Shown here in pieces: positions 36,329 through 45,921 of a stretch of 64,000 bases of DNA. Source of the DNA: Bacillota bacterium. GTDB taxonomy: Bacteria; Bacillota_I; Bacilli_A; RFN20; CAG-288. Each line of letters starts with the position of its first letter. Position 1 is the stretch's first letter. The position numbers and the translations under genes are program-made. Below the pieces are notes generated by a model that saw only the letters and a list, made by a program, of their open reading frames with translations, ran no database searches and had not been told where the DNA came from. The stretch covers positions 70,446-134,445 of the forward strand of contig JAEWSJ010000006.1 in NCBI GenBank assembly GCA_023398335.1, read 5' to 3'.

Positions 36329-37461
36329 TTTATTTTGATAATGCAGCCACAAGCATAGTTGATCCTAAAGTTTTAGATACATACGTAAAATTAGTTAATA
36401 CATTAATTGGAAATCCAGCCGCTACCAATGGCAAAGGTTTAGAAGCTAATAATTACATAGAAAAAGCGCGTTTGCAAATTGCGTCATTTTTTAAGTTAAG
36501 TAATACACAAGAAATAATTTTCACTTCTGGCGCAACCGAATCTAATAACATTGCTATTCAAGGAATTTGCGAACATTACAAAAACAAAGGACGTCATATT
36601 ATTACTACTTCAGTAGAACACCCTTCGGTTAAAGGCGTTTTTACTCGCTTAGCGAAAGAAGGCTTTGAAGTTACTTATCTCAATGTTAATAAATTCGGAG
36701 AAATAAATTTAGATGAATTAAAATCTTCTTTAAGAAAAGATACTATATTAGTATCAATTATGGGTGTTAATAATGAAGTTGGAACTATATATCCTTTGAA
36801 AGAAATAAGTCAGATTGTTCATTCTTTATCCAGTGCGATATTTATGAGCGATGTTACGCAAGCAGTTGGTAAGACTAACATTGATTATTCTTTACTTGAT
36901 GTTGCTACGATGTCATCACATAAGATTAAAGGATTAAAATCGATTGGATTGTTAATTAAGTCTAAGGGAGTTATTTTAAATCCGGTATTTAATGGCGGCA
37001 GTCAAGAACATGGAATTAGACCTGGAACTGAAAACGCACCATTAATTTGTTCCTTAGCTACCGCAATAAGACTTTATTTTAGTTCTTTTGCTGTAAGAGA
37101 AAAGAAAGCGCGAGAATTAAATAAGTATTTGCGTGACGAACTTAGTAAACTCAGCGATGAAGTTCAAATAGTATCTTCTTGTGACAGTTTACCTTTTATA
37201 TTAAATTTTGTTTTATTAAAGCATAAGGCTTCGGTTATTGTTGAAGCTTTATCGAACAAAGATATATACGTATCTACTAAATCGGCTTGCTCTGAACATG
37301 CACATGCGGATTCGAGCGTTTTAGAAGCTATGGGTTATTCAGAGAAGCAGGCTTCAAATGCTATTAGATTAAGCTTTGAAGGTTCGGAAGAACTTGAGGA
37401 TGGAAAGAAGTTTATTTCGGGCTTAAAAGAAGTGTTTAAGACGGTTAAAAGAGAGGAATAA
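36325..37461 (+). CDS. cysteine desulfurase (NifS/IscS class, ThiI partner)
   Basis: 378 aa. FTSGATESNN, PLP-lysine region MSSHKIKG, and active-site loop STKSACSE. ATGA overlap with the ezrA stop. Confidence 0.85.
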   Translation: MIYFDNAATSIVDPKVLDTYVKLVNTLIGNPAATNGKGLEANNYIEKARLQIASFFKLSNTQEIIFTSGATESNNIAIQGICEHYKNKGRHIITTSVEHPSVKGVFTRLAKEGFEVTYLNVNKFGEINLDELKSSLRKDTILVSIMGVNNEVGTIYPLKEISQIVHSLSSAIFMSDVTQAVGKTNIDYSLLDVATMSSHKIKGLKSIGLLIKSKGVILNPVFNGGSQEHGIRPGTENAPLICSLATAIRLYFSSFAVREKKARELNKYLRDELSKLSDEVQIVSSCDSLPFILNFVLLKHKASVIVEALSNKDIYVSTKSACSEHAHADSSVLEAMGYSEKQASNAIRLSFEGSEELEDGKKFISGLKEVFKTVKREE

Positions 37462-37466
37462 ATCAT

Positions 37467-38654
37467 ATGAATTATTCGGAAGACATTGTAATGGTACGCT
37501 TTGGTGAGTTATCGACAAAAGGGAAAAACATCAAAGATTTCATAAAAAAATTAGGGCAAAATATCAAGGAAGCTTTAAAGGATGTAAAGGGTTTAACATA
37601 TGAAATGAGACATGATCATATTTATATTGAACTTCATTCTGTCCCATTTGATGATGTCAAAGACATCATTGCGAAAGTGCCAGGCTTAACTTCATTTTCT
37701 TTAGTTGAATCTTTACCTAGAGATATTGATGTAATTAAAGCTAAGGCCTTAGATATGGCGCGTGAAAGTGATGCTAAATCTTTTAAAGTCATTACTAAAA
37801 GAGTCGATAAGTTATTTTCTTATCATTCAGATGATATTAATAGACAAGTTGCTGGCTTAATTCTTTCAACATTAAACGGAAAGATGAAAGTTGATGTCCA
37901 TGATCCTGAGCTAAAAATAAACATTACCATTAGAGAAGATGTTGTATATATGTATTCTAAAGTTTATGAAGGAATTGGCGGTTATCCGGTTGGAGTAGCT
38001 GGTAAAGGCTTGATGTTGATTTCTGGCGGCATTGATTCTCCTGTAGCGTCATATTTAATGATGAAAAGAGGAGTCAAACTTGAGATGATTCATTTTGCTG
38101 CCCCACCATATACCTCGGATCAAGTTTTAGTAAAAATCGAAGATTTGGTTCATAAATTAAATATCTATCAACCAGCGGTAAAGTTATATATTGTTCCGTT
38201 TACTAAGATTCAAGAAAAAATCTATGAAGTTGCAGGAAGTTCTTACGCGATTACTATTATGCGTCGTATCATGCTTCAAATTGCAGCTAGAGTCGCGTGT
38301 GCTCATAAGGACTTAGTATTAGGCTCTGGTGAAAGCATTGGTCAAGTTGCCTCACAGACGCTTCATTCAATGCGTGCTATTGAAGAAGTGCTTAGAATGC
38401 CACTTATTCGTCCACTTGCAACTTACGATAAGGTTGACATTATTAAGATAGCAAAGCAAATAGATACTTATGATATCTCTATTCGACCATTTGAAGATTG
38501 CTGCACTATTTTTAAAGTGGTAAATCCAACTACAAAACCAAGTATGGAAAAAATACAAGAGATTGAATCAAAATTTGATTTTCAACCTCTTATTAGAGAA
38601 GCAATTGATAATATTGAATCAAGACTTATTAAAAAAGAAGAAGAGTTATTTTAA
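37467..38654 (+). CDS. thiI: tRNA 4-thiouridine(8) synthase ThiI
   Basis: 395 aa. N-terminal ferredoxin-like/THUMP region and PP-loop LISGGIDSPVA. Confidence 0.9.
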   Translation: MNYSEDIVMVRFGELSTKGKNIKDFIKKLGQNIKEALKDVKGLTYEMRHDHIYIELHSVPFDDVKDIIAKVPGLTSFSLVESLPRDIDVIKAKALDMARESDAKSFKVITKRVDKLFSYHSDDINRQVAGLILSTLNGKMKVDVHDPELKINITIREDVVYMYSKVYEGIGGYPVGVAGKGLMLISGGIDSPVASYLMMKRGVKLEMIHFAAPPYTSDQVLVKIEDLVHKLNIYQPAVKLYIVPFTKIQEKIYEVAGSSYAITIMRRIMLQIAARVACAHKDLVLGSGESIGQVASQTLHSMRAIEEVLRMPLIRPLATYDKVDIIKIAKQIDTYDISIRPFEDCCTIFKVVNPTTKPSMEKIQEIESKFDFQPLIREAIDNIESRLIKKEEELF

Positions 38655-38670
38655 ACCCTTCTTCCTTTTT

Positions 38671-40086
38671 TTATCCTTGGTTGAATGTCGTATACATAGA
38701 TGTTATTGTAGGCCAAGTTCGAACTTTACCTATAACATCATCTACTCTATTGTTCACGCCAGTACTATTACCCTTTGTTCGCATGATTGTCATATTAAAC
38801 CACTCGGAGTCTTTTAGTTTAGTAGTGTTGTTTGACCCTTTTACAAATACTTTTCCTGTTCCGTCAGCACGTACAGTAATTATTCCATTTAAGGATTCAA
38901 ATTTCTTAGATGGATATAATTTTCCATTGGTTGTTTCATATTTAACAACGGAGGTTACAAATACATTTGTTGTGTATTTTGCAATATGGTTGATGAAATC
39001 TTGAGTAGGAAATTGATTATCAGTATTATTGGAATATTCATCACTTCCTACGCAGCAACAAACTGCGCAAATTTCTGGAGTAATTTGACTTAATAATACT
39101 TCGTTTGAAGATGTCTTTGAACCATGATGTCCGCCTTTAAATAGTTTGACATGAGGTAAATTACCATTGGATGCATAATAATTTGCCATCTTAGTTTCAC
39201 CATCTTGTTCTAAGTCTCCGGTAAACATAAAATGATTATTTTCACCCTGATTAATCATTACTGAGACGGAGTAATTATTTTCGTCTGAACTTGTGTTGAA
39301 ATAATAGTAGTTATATAGAATATCCATTGATATAGTATCTGTTAATTCAATATGGTTATATGAATTTGGTTCATATTTATCTGTTGTTGTATTTTTTGTG
39401 AAATAATAATCTGCTGTGTGATGAATAGTGCCTTCTGAGACTAATTCATTTCTTTTTGAAATATAAGCTTTACTAATGTTTGAATTAGTATTCTTTAGTG
39501 AAAAATCAATGATGTTTTTAATCTCGTATCTGTAGAATATTCCATCCCCATTTTTATTATCAAAACAAGCAATATGATCTTCATGTGCATGTGTGGCGAC
39601 AACATATTCTAGAACTCCATCATCGCAGTTTTTATCGATAAAATTATCGATGGTTTTCAATGAATCTACTTTACTTCCAGCATCAATTAGTATATCGATG
39701 TCACCTGCTTTAATAAAAACAGAATCTCCCGCATTATAATTTCCAAATTCTAAGAAGTTAATTGATAAATCATCATATAGCAATTCATCAACATGTGATG
39801 TACTAGTTGAAGGAGATGTCGTAGGATTACTGGTGCTTGGTGAAGAAGTAGGTGTTCCCGTAGTCGAGACACTTGTTAATGGATTTTAAGTAGTTGGATC
39901 AGTAGTAGATTGAGGTGTACTACCTATTGTTGTTGATGTTAAGCTAGTTCCTTCATTTGTAACAGAAGTAGGAATAGATGAACTAATACTAGGAACATCT
40001 GAATTCTTAATTCCGCCTAACTGACAGGAAGATAACGAAATAATAAATATCCCTACTAATGCAAATATAAGTTTGTTTCTTTTCAT
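38671..40086 (-). pseudogene. MBL-fold (ComEC C-terminal-like) lipoprotein gene interrupted by one in-frame TAA
   Basis: ORFs 39886-40086 (signal peptide, lipobox LSSC, Ser/Thr linker) and 38671-39783 (THAHEDH metallo-beta-lactamase motif) are in the same frame. The 34 codons between them (39784-39885) are open and continue the Ser/Thr/Pro linker. The only interruption is TAA at 39886-39888. Confidence 0.7.
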
Positions 40087-40112
40087 AAATTATCTCCTCC
40101 ATTTTATTATAC

Positions 40113-40144
40113 TAAAAAACCACACTTCAAAGCGATGTGTGGTT
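40113..40144 (-). terminator. rho-independent terminator after rplT
   Basis: On the minus strand: AACCACAC-ATCGCTTTGAA-GTGTGGTT followed by TTTTT. Confidence 0.8.
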
Positions 40145-40159
40145 AAGTTTAAATAGAAA

Positions 40160-40516
40160 TTATTTTGCTAAAGCTTTTTTAGCTTGTTCAACTAAATTAG
40201 CAAAAGCTTTTTCATCTGCAATGGCGATTTCGGATAACATCTTTCTGTTAAGATTGATATTAGCTTTCTTTAAGCCATTCATAAATCTTGAATAAGAAAT
40301 ATTTTCTTTATGGCAAGCAGCATTAATTCTGGTAATCCATAATTTGCGGAAATCACGTTTGATTAATCTTCTGCTGACATATGAATATGCTAAAGCTTTA
40401 ATTCTTGCTTCATTAGCTGTACGGAATAAACGATGTTTACTGCCGAAGTAGCCGCTAGCGAATTTTAAAACTTTCTTTCTTCTTGCGTGTGTAATTGTTC
40501 CACCTTTAACTCTCAT
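40160..40516 (-). CDS. rplT: 50S ribosomal protein L20
   Basis: 118 aa. [21 protein letters not shown]...RLFR.A. Confidence 0.95.
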   Translation of the reverse strand: MRVKGGTITHARRKKVLKFASGYFGSKHRLFRTANEARIKALAYSYVSRRLIKRDFRKLWITRINAACHKENISYSRFMNGLKKANINLNRKMLSEIAIADEKAFANLVEQAKKALAK

Positions 40517-40534
40517 TTTAAATTCTCCCTTTCA

Positions 40535-40735
40535 TTATCTAGCGATAAGACGGCTTAAACGTCTTGTATCTGCTCTGCTCATTAAGCTGGATTTACGTAA
40601 ATGTCTCTTTCTCTTTTGAGATTTGCTTAATGCTAAGTGAGAAGTATTTTGGTTACCTCTCTTGATTTTGCCTGATGCTGTAACTTTGAAACGTTTGGCA
40701 ACTGCACGTTTTGTCTTCATTTTAACTTTTGACAT
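40535..40735 (-). CDS. rpmI: 50S ribosomal protein L35
   Basis: 66 aa. MSKVKMKTKRAVAKRFKVTASGKIKR...H.L. Confidence 0.95.
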   Translation of the reverse strand: MSKVKMKTKRAVAKRFKVTASGKIKRGNQNTSHLALSKSQKRKRHLRKSSLMSRADTRRLSRLIAR

Positions 40736-40747
40736 CGAAATTTCCTC

Positions 40748-41299
40748 CTATTTCTTTTTGATCGGTGACATGTAGCAGAAGTATTGTCTGCCTTCTAATG
40801 TTGGTTGTTTATCGACAATACCAATGTCTTTGAGCATATCAATCATTTTGTTTAATGCTTCAGCGGCGGTATCGGTTTTTGTAACCATTCTTCCTTTTAA
40901 GAAGACTGTTAACTTTAATCTCCAACCTTTTGCTAAAAGTTTAGCGGATTGATTAACTTTTGTTTCAATATCATGCGCGCTTGTTAATGGTGTAATCTTG
41001 ATTTCCTTGATTAAATCTGGGCGAGCTTGTTTTGATTTATTCTCACGTTCTTGCTTCTTTTTGTCAAACTTGAACTTTGAATAGTTCATAATCTTACATA
41101 CAGCTGGTTTAGCACCAGGAGCAATACAAAATAAATCTAAATTTTGTTCTTCAGCAAGTTGTAACCCTTCGCGTTTAGACATGACTCCAAGTTTCTGTCC
41201 GTCATTTCCAATTACTAAGATTTGCGAGAATGGAATGTTCTCATTGACTAATTCTTTTGGACCTTTCCTTAATGGTGGTCTTTGATCTGGTATAAAGAT
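40748..41299 (-). CDS. infC: translation initiation factor IF-3, predicted non-AUG (AUC or AUA) start
   Basis: The ORF track begins at internal Met 41182. The frame stays open upstream and encodes a typical IF-3 N-domain (..RPPLRKGPKELVNENIPFSQILVIGNDGQKLGVM..). ATC at 41297-41299 lies 8 nt after GGAGGT, and ATA at 41291-41293 is an alternative. Confidence 0.85.
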   Translation of the reverse strand: MFIPDQRPPLRKGPKELVNENIPFSQILVIGNDGQKLGVMSKREGLQLAEEQNLDLFCIAPGAKPAVCKIMNYSKFKFDKKKQERENKSKQARPDLIKEIKITPLTSAHDIETKVNQSAKLLAKGWRLKLTVFLKGRMVTKTDTAAEALNKMIDMLKDIGIVDKQPTLEGRQYFCYMSPIKKK

Positions 41300-41310
41300 A
41301 AGCGTTACCT

Positions 41311-41446
41311 CCTAATTCAAATAAAAGCGGGACAACATTCGTTATCCCGCTATAATTCCTAGATATTTTATCTGTGGCATTTACCTATTCAAACTTACTT
41401 GAATCAGGTGTGAGTGGGAACTCGAACTTTCCGTGATTTATTTTAC
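41311..41446 (-). promoter_or_regulatory. L20-leader-type attenuator of the infC-rpmI-rplT operon
   Basis: About 135-nt leader between the promoter and the infC Shine-Dalgarno sequence. It ends in the terminator hairpin GCGGGATAACGAATGTTGTCCCGC + TTTTATTT (41319-41350) immediately before the SD. Confidence 0.6.
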
Positions 41447-41452
41447 TTAATA

Positions 41453-41481
41453 ATCATACATTACTTGAGTGATTGTGTCAA
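41453..41481 (-). promoter_or_regulatory. sigma-A-type promoter of the infC operon
   Basis: On the minus strand: TTGACA (41476-41481), 17-nt spacer, TATGAT (41453-41458). Confidence 0.65.
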
Positions 41482-41502
41482 CACTATTTTATTACTGCTT
41501 GT

Positions 41503-44500
41503 TTAATATTCTGTAATAACATTATTAACATAATGCCAATATATATATCCAGCGACATCTGGGGTTCCTTCTGAGTAGAAAACCATTTTTGCAGAACTTG
41601 GAGTCCCGTCAAACCAGGAAGTGCTGATGCTATTATTGTCTTTTAGTGTTGTGTACTGATTCAACGTTGATTTTAAATATACTCTTGAAAGTGATGTACA
41701 TCCTGAAAATATTGTGTTGTTCATTTTAATATCTTTGTTAAGTACTACAACATGAACAAGCGCTGTACAATTTTTGAAAAGATTGTTATTTAGTAATGTT
41801 ACCTTTTCTGGAATGTAGAAGTAGTTCGCGGTATCTGCTGATGTTCTATTAAGTCGTGTACATCCATTGAATGCGTTTGGCTCAAGAGTTAACGCTGTTG
41901 TTGATGTAGGGAAAATAAAAGTAGTTAAATATGCACATTTTTCAAATGCATTTGAATTGATTTTACTTAGTTTTGAACAAGCAGATAAATCTACTACTGT
42001 AAAATTTGAGTTTGTACATCCGGAAAACGCTGAGGTACCGATTAAATTAAAATTCGCATTTGCACTGCTAAATTTTATGGAATATAAAGCAGTATCTCCT
42101 TGGAAAGCAGACTGTCTAATTGCAATCAATGATGTCGCACCGGTAAAATCTGCCGTAGCAAGACTAGTACACCCGCTGAATGCGTTTAAATTAATATTTT
42201 TTAAAGATGTTACTCCGGAAAAAGATATTGATTTTATAGAAGTACATGACATAAATGCCGAATCATTAATAGCATTTAATTTAGAAGCGTTCGTAAATGT
42301 GATAGTTGAAATAGAAGAACACGATCTAAAAGAATTATTATTAATGGTAACTAAATTTGAAGCTGATGAAAAATTCAAATTTGTAATCGAAGAACATGAT
42401 TGAAATGCAGAAGTATCAATCATTGTTATTGCAGAAGGAATTTTTATTGTAGAAGTAGCGCTTGTACCAGTGGTGAGACCTTTTAAGCTTGAACAAGATA
42501 AAAATGCGTTGCTATTAATTGAAGTAACACTTGTAGGAAAGTTATATACCGCTATTAAATTACTGCAATTTTTAAATGTTTCAAAATTTATTACTGTTAT
42601 AGCTGAACTTTGTAAGTCAACGTAATTGATTTTTGTACATCCGGTGAAAACTTCACCAGTATGGTTTCCATATCTTTTTCCTAATTCAAGTAATTCTTTT
42701 GGTAATTTTATAGTTCCTGTACTAATATTGCTTAATTCAGCTTCTGTTGGTGCAATTTTTGTTAAGGCTTTGCAACCCCAAAACGCAACAGTACCTATAA
42801 TTGTAACTGTATCTGGAATTACAACTGTAGCAATACTATCGCACTGGTCAAACATAAATCCAGGAACGATTTTTAATCCTGAAGGTAAATATAAAGATGG
42901 TAAAGTTTTACATCCTCTTAAACAATATGAACCTAAGAATGGATTAGCTTCATCTTCTGTATCAATTTTAATAGGTAAATCAAATGTTGTCATACTAGTA
43001 GCTCCATAGAAAGAAAAGTTTCCTAGGTGAGCTAATTTGCTTGTTGATCGATTAGTAAGTTTAAAACTTTTTAGTTTTGTACCATTATATGAAAAGCCAT
43101 TTATGTCAGATTCTACTCCAGCAAAAGCGGCTGCTCCAATAGATTCAAGAGTGCTTGGGGCTTCAAGATAGACAAATAATGTATTAACGAAAGCATAGTT
43201 ATAAATTGCAGTAGTATTATCCTTAATTAAATATGTATATGTAGTTGTAGTAAACCATGATGTTGTTGAGCTCTTACTATTTAGATACATTCCAAACGAA
43301 GTTAGCAATGTATAAGTTGTATTATCAACATTTTTCTTATATATAACAGGAGGATAAAATGTTACAGAATTAATTGTTACTGAATCAGTCCCCACATAAG
43401 TTGTATTTCCAGAATTAATTTGAAAGCTTGTTATTTTGTCGCAATATTTAAATGCAGTAATTATATTCTTAGCTGTAGTATCGCCGGAACTATCATAATA
43501 TCTTTGCGTATAATCTGTTTCGCCGAGATAACTAACGTTTTCCCCAATAGAAACATAATTTAGTATTGATTGGAAAAAAGCGTATTTTCCAATCGAAGTT
43601 ATACTTGAAGCAAAGTCACTGACGGATGTTGAACCAGTAGTGAATAAATTTAGTGATTTGCAGTTTGCAAATGCTGCTGTTCCAATAGTTTTAAGATTTG
43701 TTGTACCTGTGGTCACTTTTGTAATAGAAGTGTTAAAAAAAGCATAGTTGCATATTGTTGTAACTGGTAAACTTTCTAAAGTGTCTGGAATTGTTATATT
43801 TGTTCCTGATAAATACTGTGTAATCCATATTTCGGTTCCACTATTTGCTTTTACATATCTATATTGTCCGTTATACGTATATACTCCATCTGCGAAAGAA
43901 CTAATTGAGTATGTTATAAGCATATTCTGAACTTTAAATACTGAGATTGTTGTTCCTCCACGTGTATAACTTAATTCATATCCGCTTCCATTCGTAAGAG
44001 TATCTTTGCTCAAAACTAAGTTGGAGTTAGCGTTATTTATACCACTATCATTATCTCCTGGCGTATAGGTAAAATTATGATTAGCATCAGCAAAAGCAGT
44101 ATATAAAACAGCTTTATAATGATTGCTAAAGATGAAATTAGATAGTGTAATCTTGTTGTTTGTTACTGGTAAATATACATAGCTTAATACTGAATTAGAA
44201 GAAGTATTAATAGAAAAGGCGTAATTTCCTATTGATGTGATATTTTTACTTAACGAAATATAAGTAACACTTGAGCAGTTATTAAAAGCATACTCACTTA
44301 TAATTACTTTGCTACTTGTATTTGTATTACTATTAAATGAAATAGAAGAGAATTTTCCGCAACCAAAGGCATTCTTCATAATGGTTAATTCTGTGTTAGG
44401 AACTGGAAATACTAATGAATAGCTGGTTCCTTGAATATTTAAATTATAAAATGCGTTTTCACCAATCGATGTTAAACTAGATGCGTTAGTAAAATCAACT

Positions 44501-45903
44501 ATTGCTTTTGTATACCCCAAGAACGCGCCGGTTCCAATTGTTTTTAGTGATGAAGGAAATGTGAGCGTTATTGTGTTTACATTTGAAGTTATAGCATTAG
44601 CATCAGCTGTTGCTGTATTTGAAAAAGCATACTCACCAATTCTTTCCAAAGTATCATTGAAGGTTATAGAGGTTAATCCGGTACAACCATAAAAGGCATA
44701 AATATTTATGTCAGTAAGGTAAGCAGGCAATGTTAATGTTGAGATTTCTGATCGATTTACAAAAGAATTTATATCTAAAACCAATGTTCTTCCATAAGCT
44801 GATTTTGCATCATCAATAGGAAATGTATCTGGAATATCTACATTAGATAGTGTTGTTCCAAGATACTTAATTATTGTAATTTCATAACGTAAATCAACAT
44901 TAGCGTTTGAAGTGTCAATATAAGTATACAAATATAGACCATCATCTGAAAGAAGAACATTTGCAAAGCCATATTGAAGATTTAAATAAATATCATTTGT
45001 TCCAGTATTATATACATATCTCCACGTTGGGTTGGCTTTATACATTTCACTATTTGTATAATCTGTTTCAGATAATTCCATATATGTTGAAGCACCAGAA
45101 TAGCAGCCTCTAAAAACATAATTACCCATAGAAGTTACTGATTTAGGAACGAAAATAAATCTTAAGTTTTTGCATTTATAGAAAGCATAATCTCCAATAG
45201 TAGTGATGCCTTTATTTAAGGTTACACGCGGAAGATTTTCGCAATAAGCAAAAGCACTATATCCAATTTCTCTAACAGAAGAAGCAAAACCAAAAGCAGA
45301 ATTTACACTGATGCAAGAATTAAAGGCGTTATCTTTTACTGTAATTAATGTGGAAGGTAATTTAAACTTTGTTGCGGATGTACAAAACATAAATGTAGAT
45401 TCTTCAATCTCAGTTATGCCTTCTGGAATTGTTATCTCTCCAGGTGGAGAAGATGTTGTACCAGAGTAGTTTCTAACAATTAATGATGTTAGTGAACGAG
45501 TGTTTCCAAAAGCTTGACTATCGATAAGATTAATTGTATTTGGAATCGATACTGAAGTAAGAGAGGTGTAATTAGCAAAAGCACTGTAATCAAGAGCTGT
45601 GACTTGATAATCCTTACCACCATAAGCAAAAGAATCTGGAACTATAACCGTTGTAGAAGTGCATTTACCCATGCTAACGCAGGCTTTTTCCGTTGATAAA
45701 TTTACACGATAAAACAAGCCATTTTCGTCATAATCAGCATTTGTTCCTTCAAACAATCTTGAATAATTATCATTTACATTAATATGGTAATTTGATTCTT
45801 GTTCTACAAAAGGAGAATCACCATTTAACATAAATCCTAAGCATACTCCTGCTGCAATAGTAACTGCAGAACAGAAGATTATATTTTTCATATTTGTTTT
45901 CAT
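41503..45903 (-). CDS. giant BspA-type leucine-rich-repeat (LRR_5-like) surface protein, N-terminal signal anchor
   Basis: 1466 aa. Hydrophobic N-terminus MKNIIFCSAVTIAAGVCLGFML, then dozens of units of the type ..SAFANYTSLTSVSIPNTINLIDSQAFGNTRSLTSLIV.. / ..YAFYKCKNLRFIFVPKSVTSMGNYVFRGC... No LPXTG and no C-terminal TM. Confidence 0.8.
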   Translation of the reverse strand: MKTNMKNIIFCSAVTIAAGVCLGFMLNGDSPFVEQESNYHINVNDNYSRLFEGTNADYDENGLFYRVNLSTEKACVSMGKCTSTTVIVPDSFAYGGKDYQVTALDYSAFANYTSLTSVSIPNTINLIDSQAFGNTRSLTSLIVRNYSGTTSSPPGEITIPEGITEIEESTFMFCTSATKFKLPSTLITVKDNAFNSCISVNSAFGFASSVREIGYSAFAYCENLPRVTLNKGITTIGDYAFYKCKNLRFIFVPKSVTSMGNYVFRGCYSGASTYMELSETDYTNSEMYKANPTWRYVYNTGTNDIYLNLQYGFANVLLSDDGLYLYTYIDTSNANVDLRYEITIIKYLGTTLSNVDIPDTFPIDDAKSAYGRTLVLDINSFVNRSEISTLTLPAYLTDINIYAFYGCTGLTSITFNDTLERIGEYAFSNTATADANAITSNVNTITLTFPSSLKTIGTGAFLGYTKAIVDFTNASSLTSIGENAFYNLNIQGTSYSLVFPVPNTELTIMKNAFGCGKFSSISFNSNTNTSSKVIISEYAFNNCSSVTYISLSKNITSIGNYAFSINTSSNSVLSYVYLPVTNNKITLSNFIFSNHYKAVLYTAFADANHNFTYTPGDNDSGINNANSNLVLSKDTLTNGSGYELSYTRGGTTISVFKVQNMLITYSISSFADGVYTYNGQYRYVKANSGTEIWITQYLSGTNITIPDTLESLPVTTICNYAFFNTSITKVTTGTTNLKTIGTAAFANCKSLNLFTTGSTSVSDFASSITSIGKYAFFQSILNYVSIGENVSYLGETDYTQRYYDSSGDTTAKNIITAFKYCDKITSFQINSGNTTYVGTDSVTINSVTFYPPVIYKKNVDNTTYTLLTSFGMYLNSKSSTTSWFTTTTYTYLIKDNTTAIYNYAFVNTLFVYLEAPSTLESIGAAAFAGVESDINGFSYNGTKLKSFKLTNRSTSKLAHLGNFSFYGATSMTTFDLPIKIDTEDEANPFLGSYCLRGCKTLPSLYLPSGLKIVPGFMFDQCDSIATVVIPDTVTIIGTVAFWGCKALTKIAPTEAELSNISTGTIKLPKELLELGKRYGNHTGEVFTGCTKINYVDLQSSAITVINFETFKNCSNLIAVYNFPTSVTSINSNAFLSCSSLKGLTTGTSATSTIKIPSAITMIDTSAFQSCSSITNLNFSSASNLVTINNNSFRSCSSISTITFTNASKLNAINDSAFMSCTSIKSISFSGVTSLKNINLNAFSGCTSLATADFTGATSLIAIRQSAFQGDTALYSIKFSSANANFNLIGTSAFSGCTNSNFTVVDLSACSKLSKINSNAFEKCAYLTTFIFPTSTTALTLEPNAFNGCTRLNRTSADTANYFYIPEKVTLLNNNLFKNCTALVHVVVLNKDIKMNNTIFSGCTSLSRVYLKSTLNQYTTLKDNNSISTSWFDGTPSSAKMVFYSEGTPDVAGYIYWHYVNNVITEY

Positions 45904-45921
45904 AAAATATTCTCCTTTCTA

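Noticed and set aside
41867-45113. Plus-strand ORFs (178, 127, 60 and 68 aa) inside the LRR gene
   Set aside because: They are antisense to a 1466-aa ORF with clear repeat architecture. Long antisense ORFs are expected in repetitive, compositionally biased coding DNA, and they carry no motifs.
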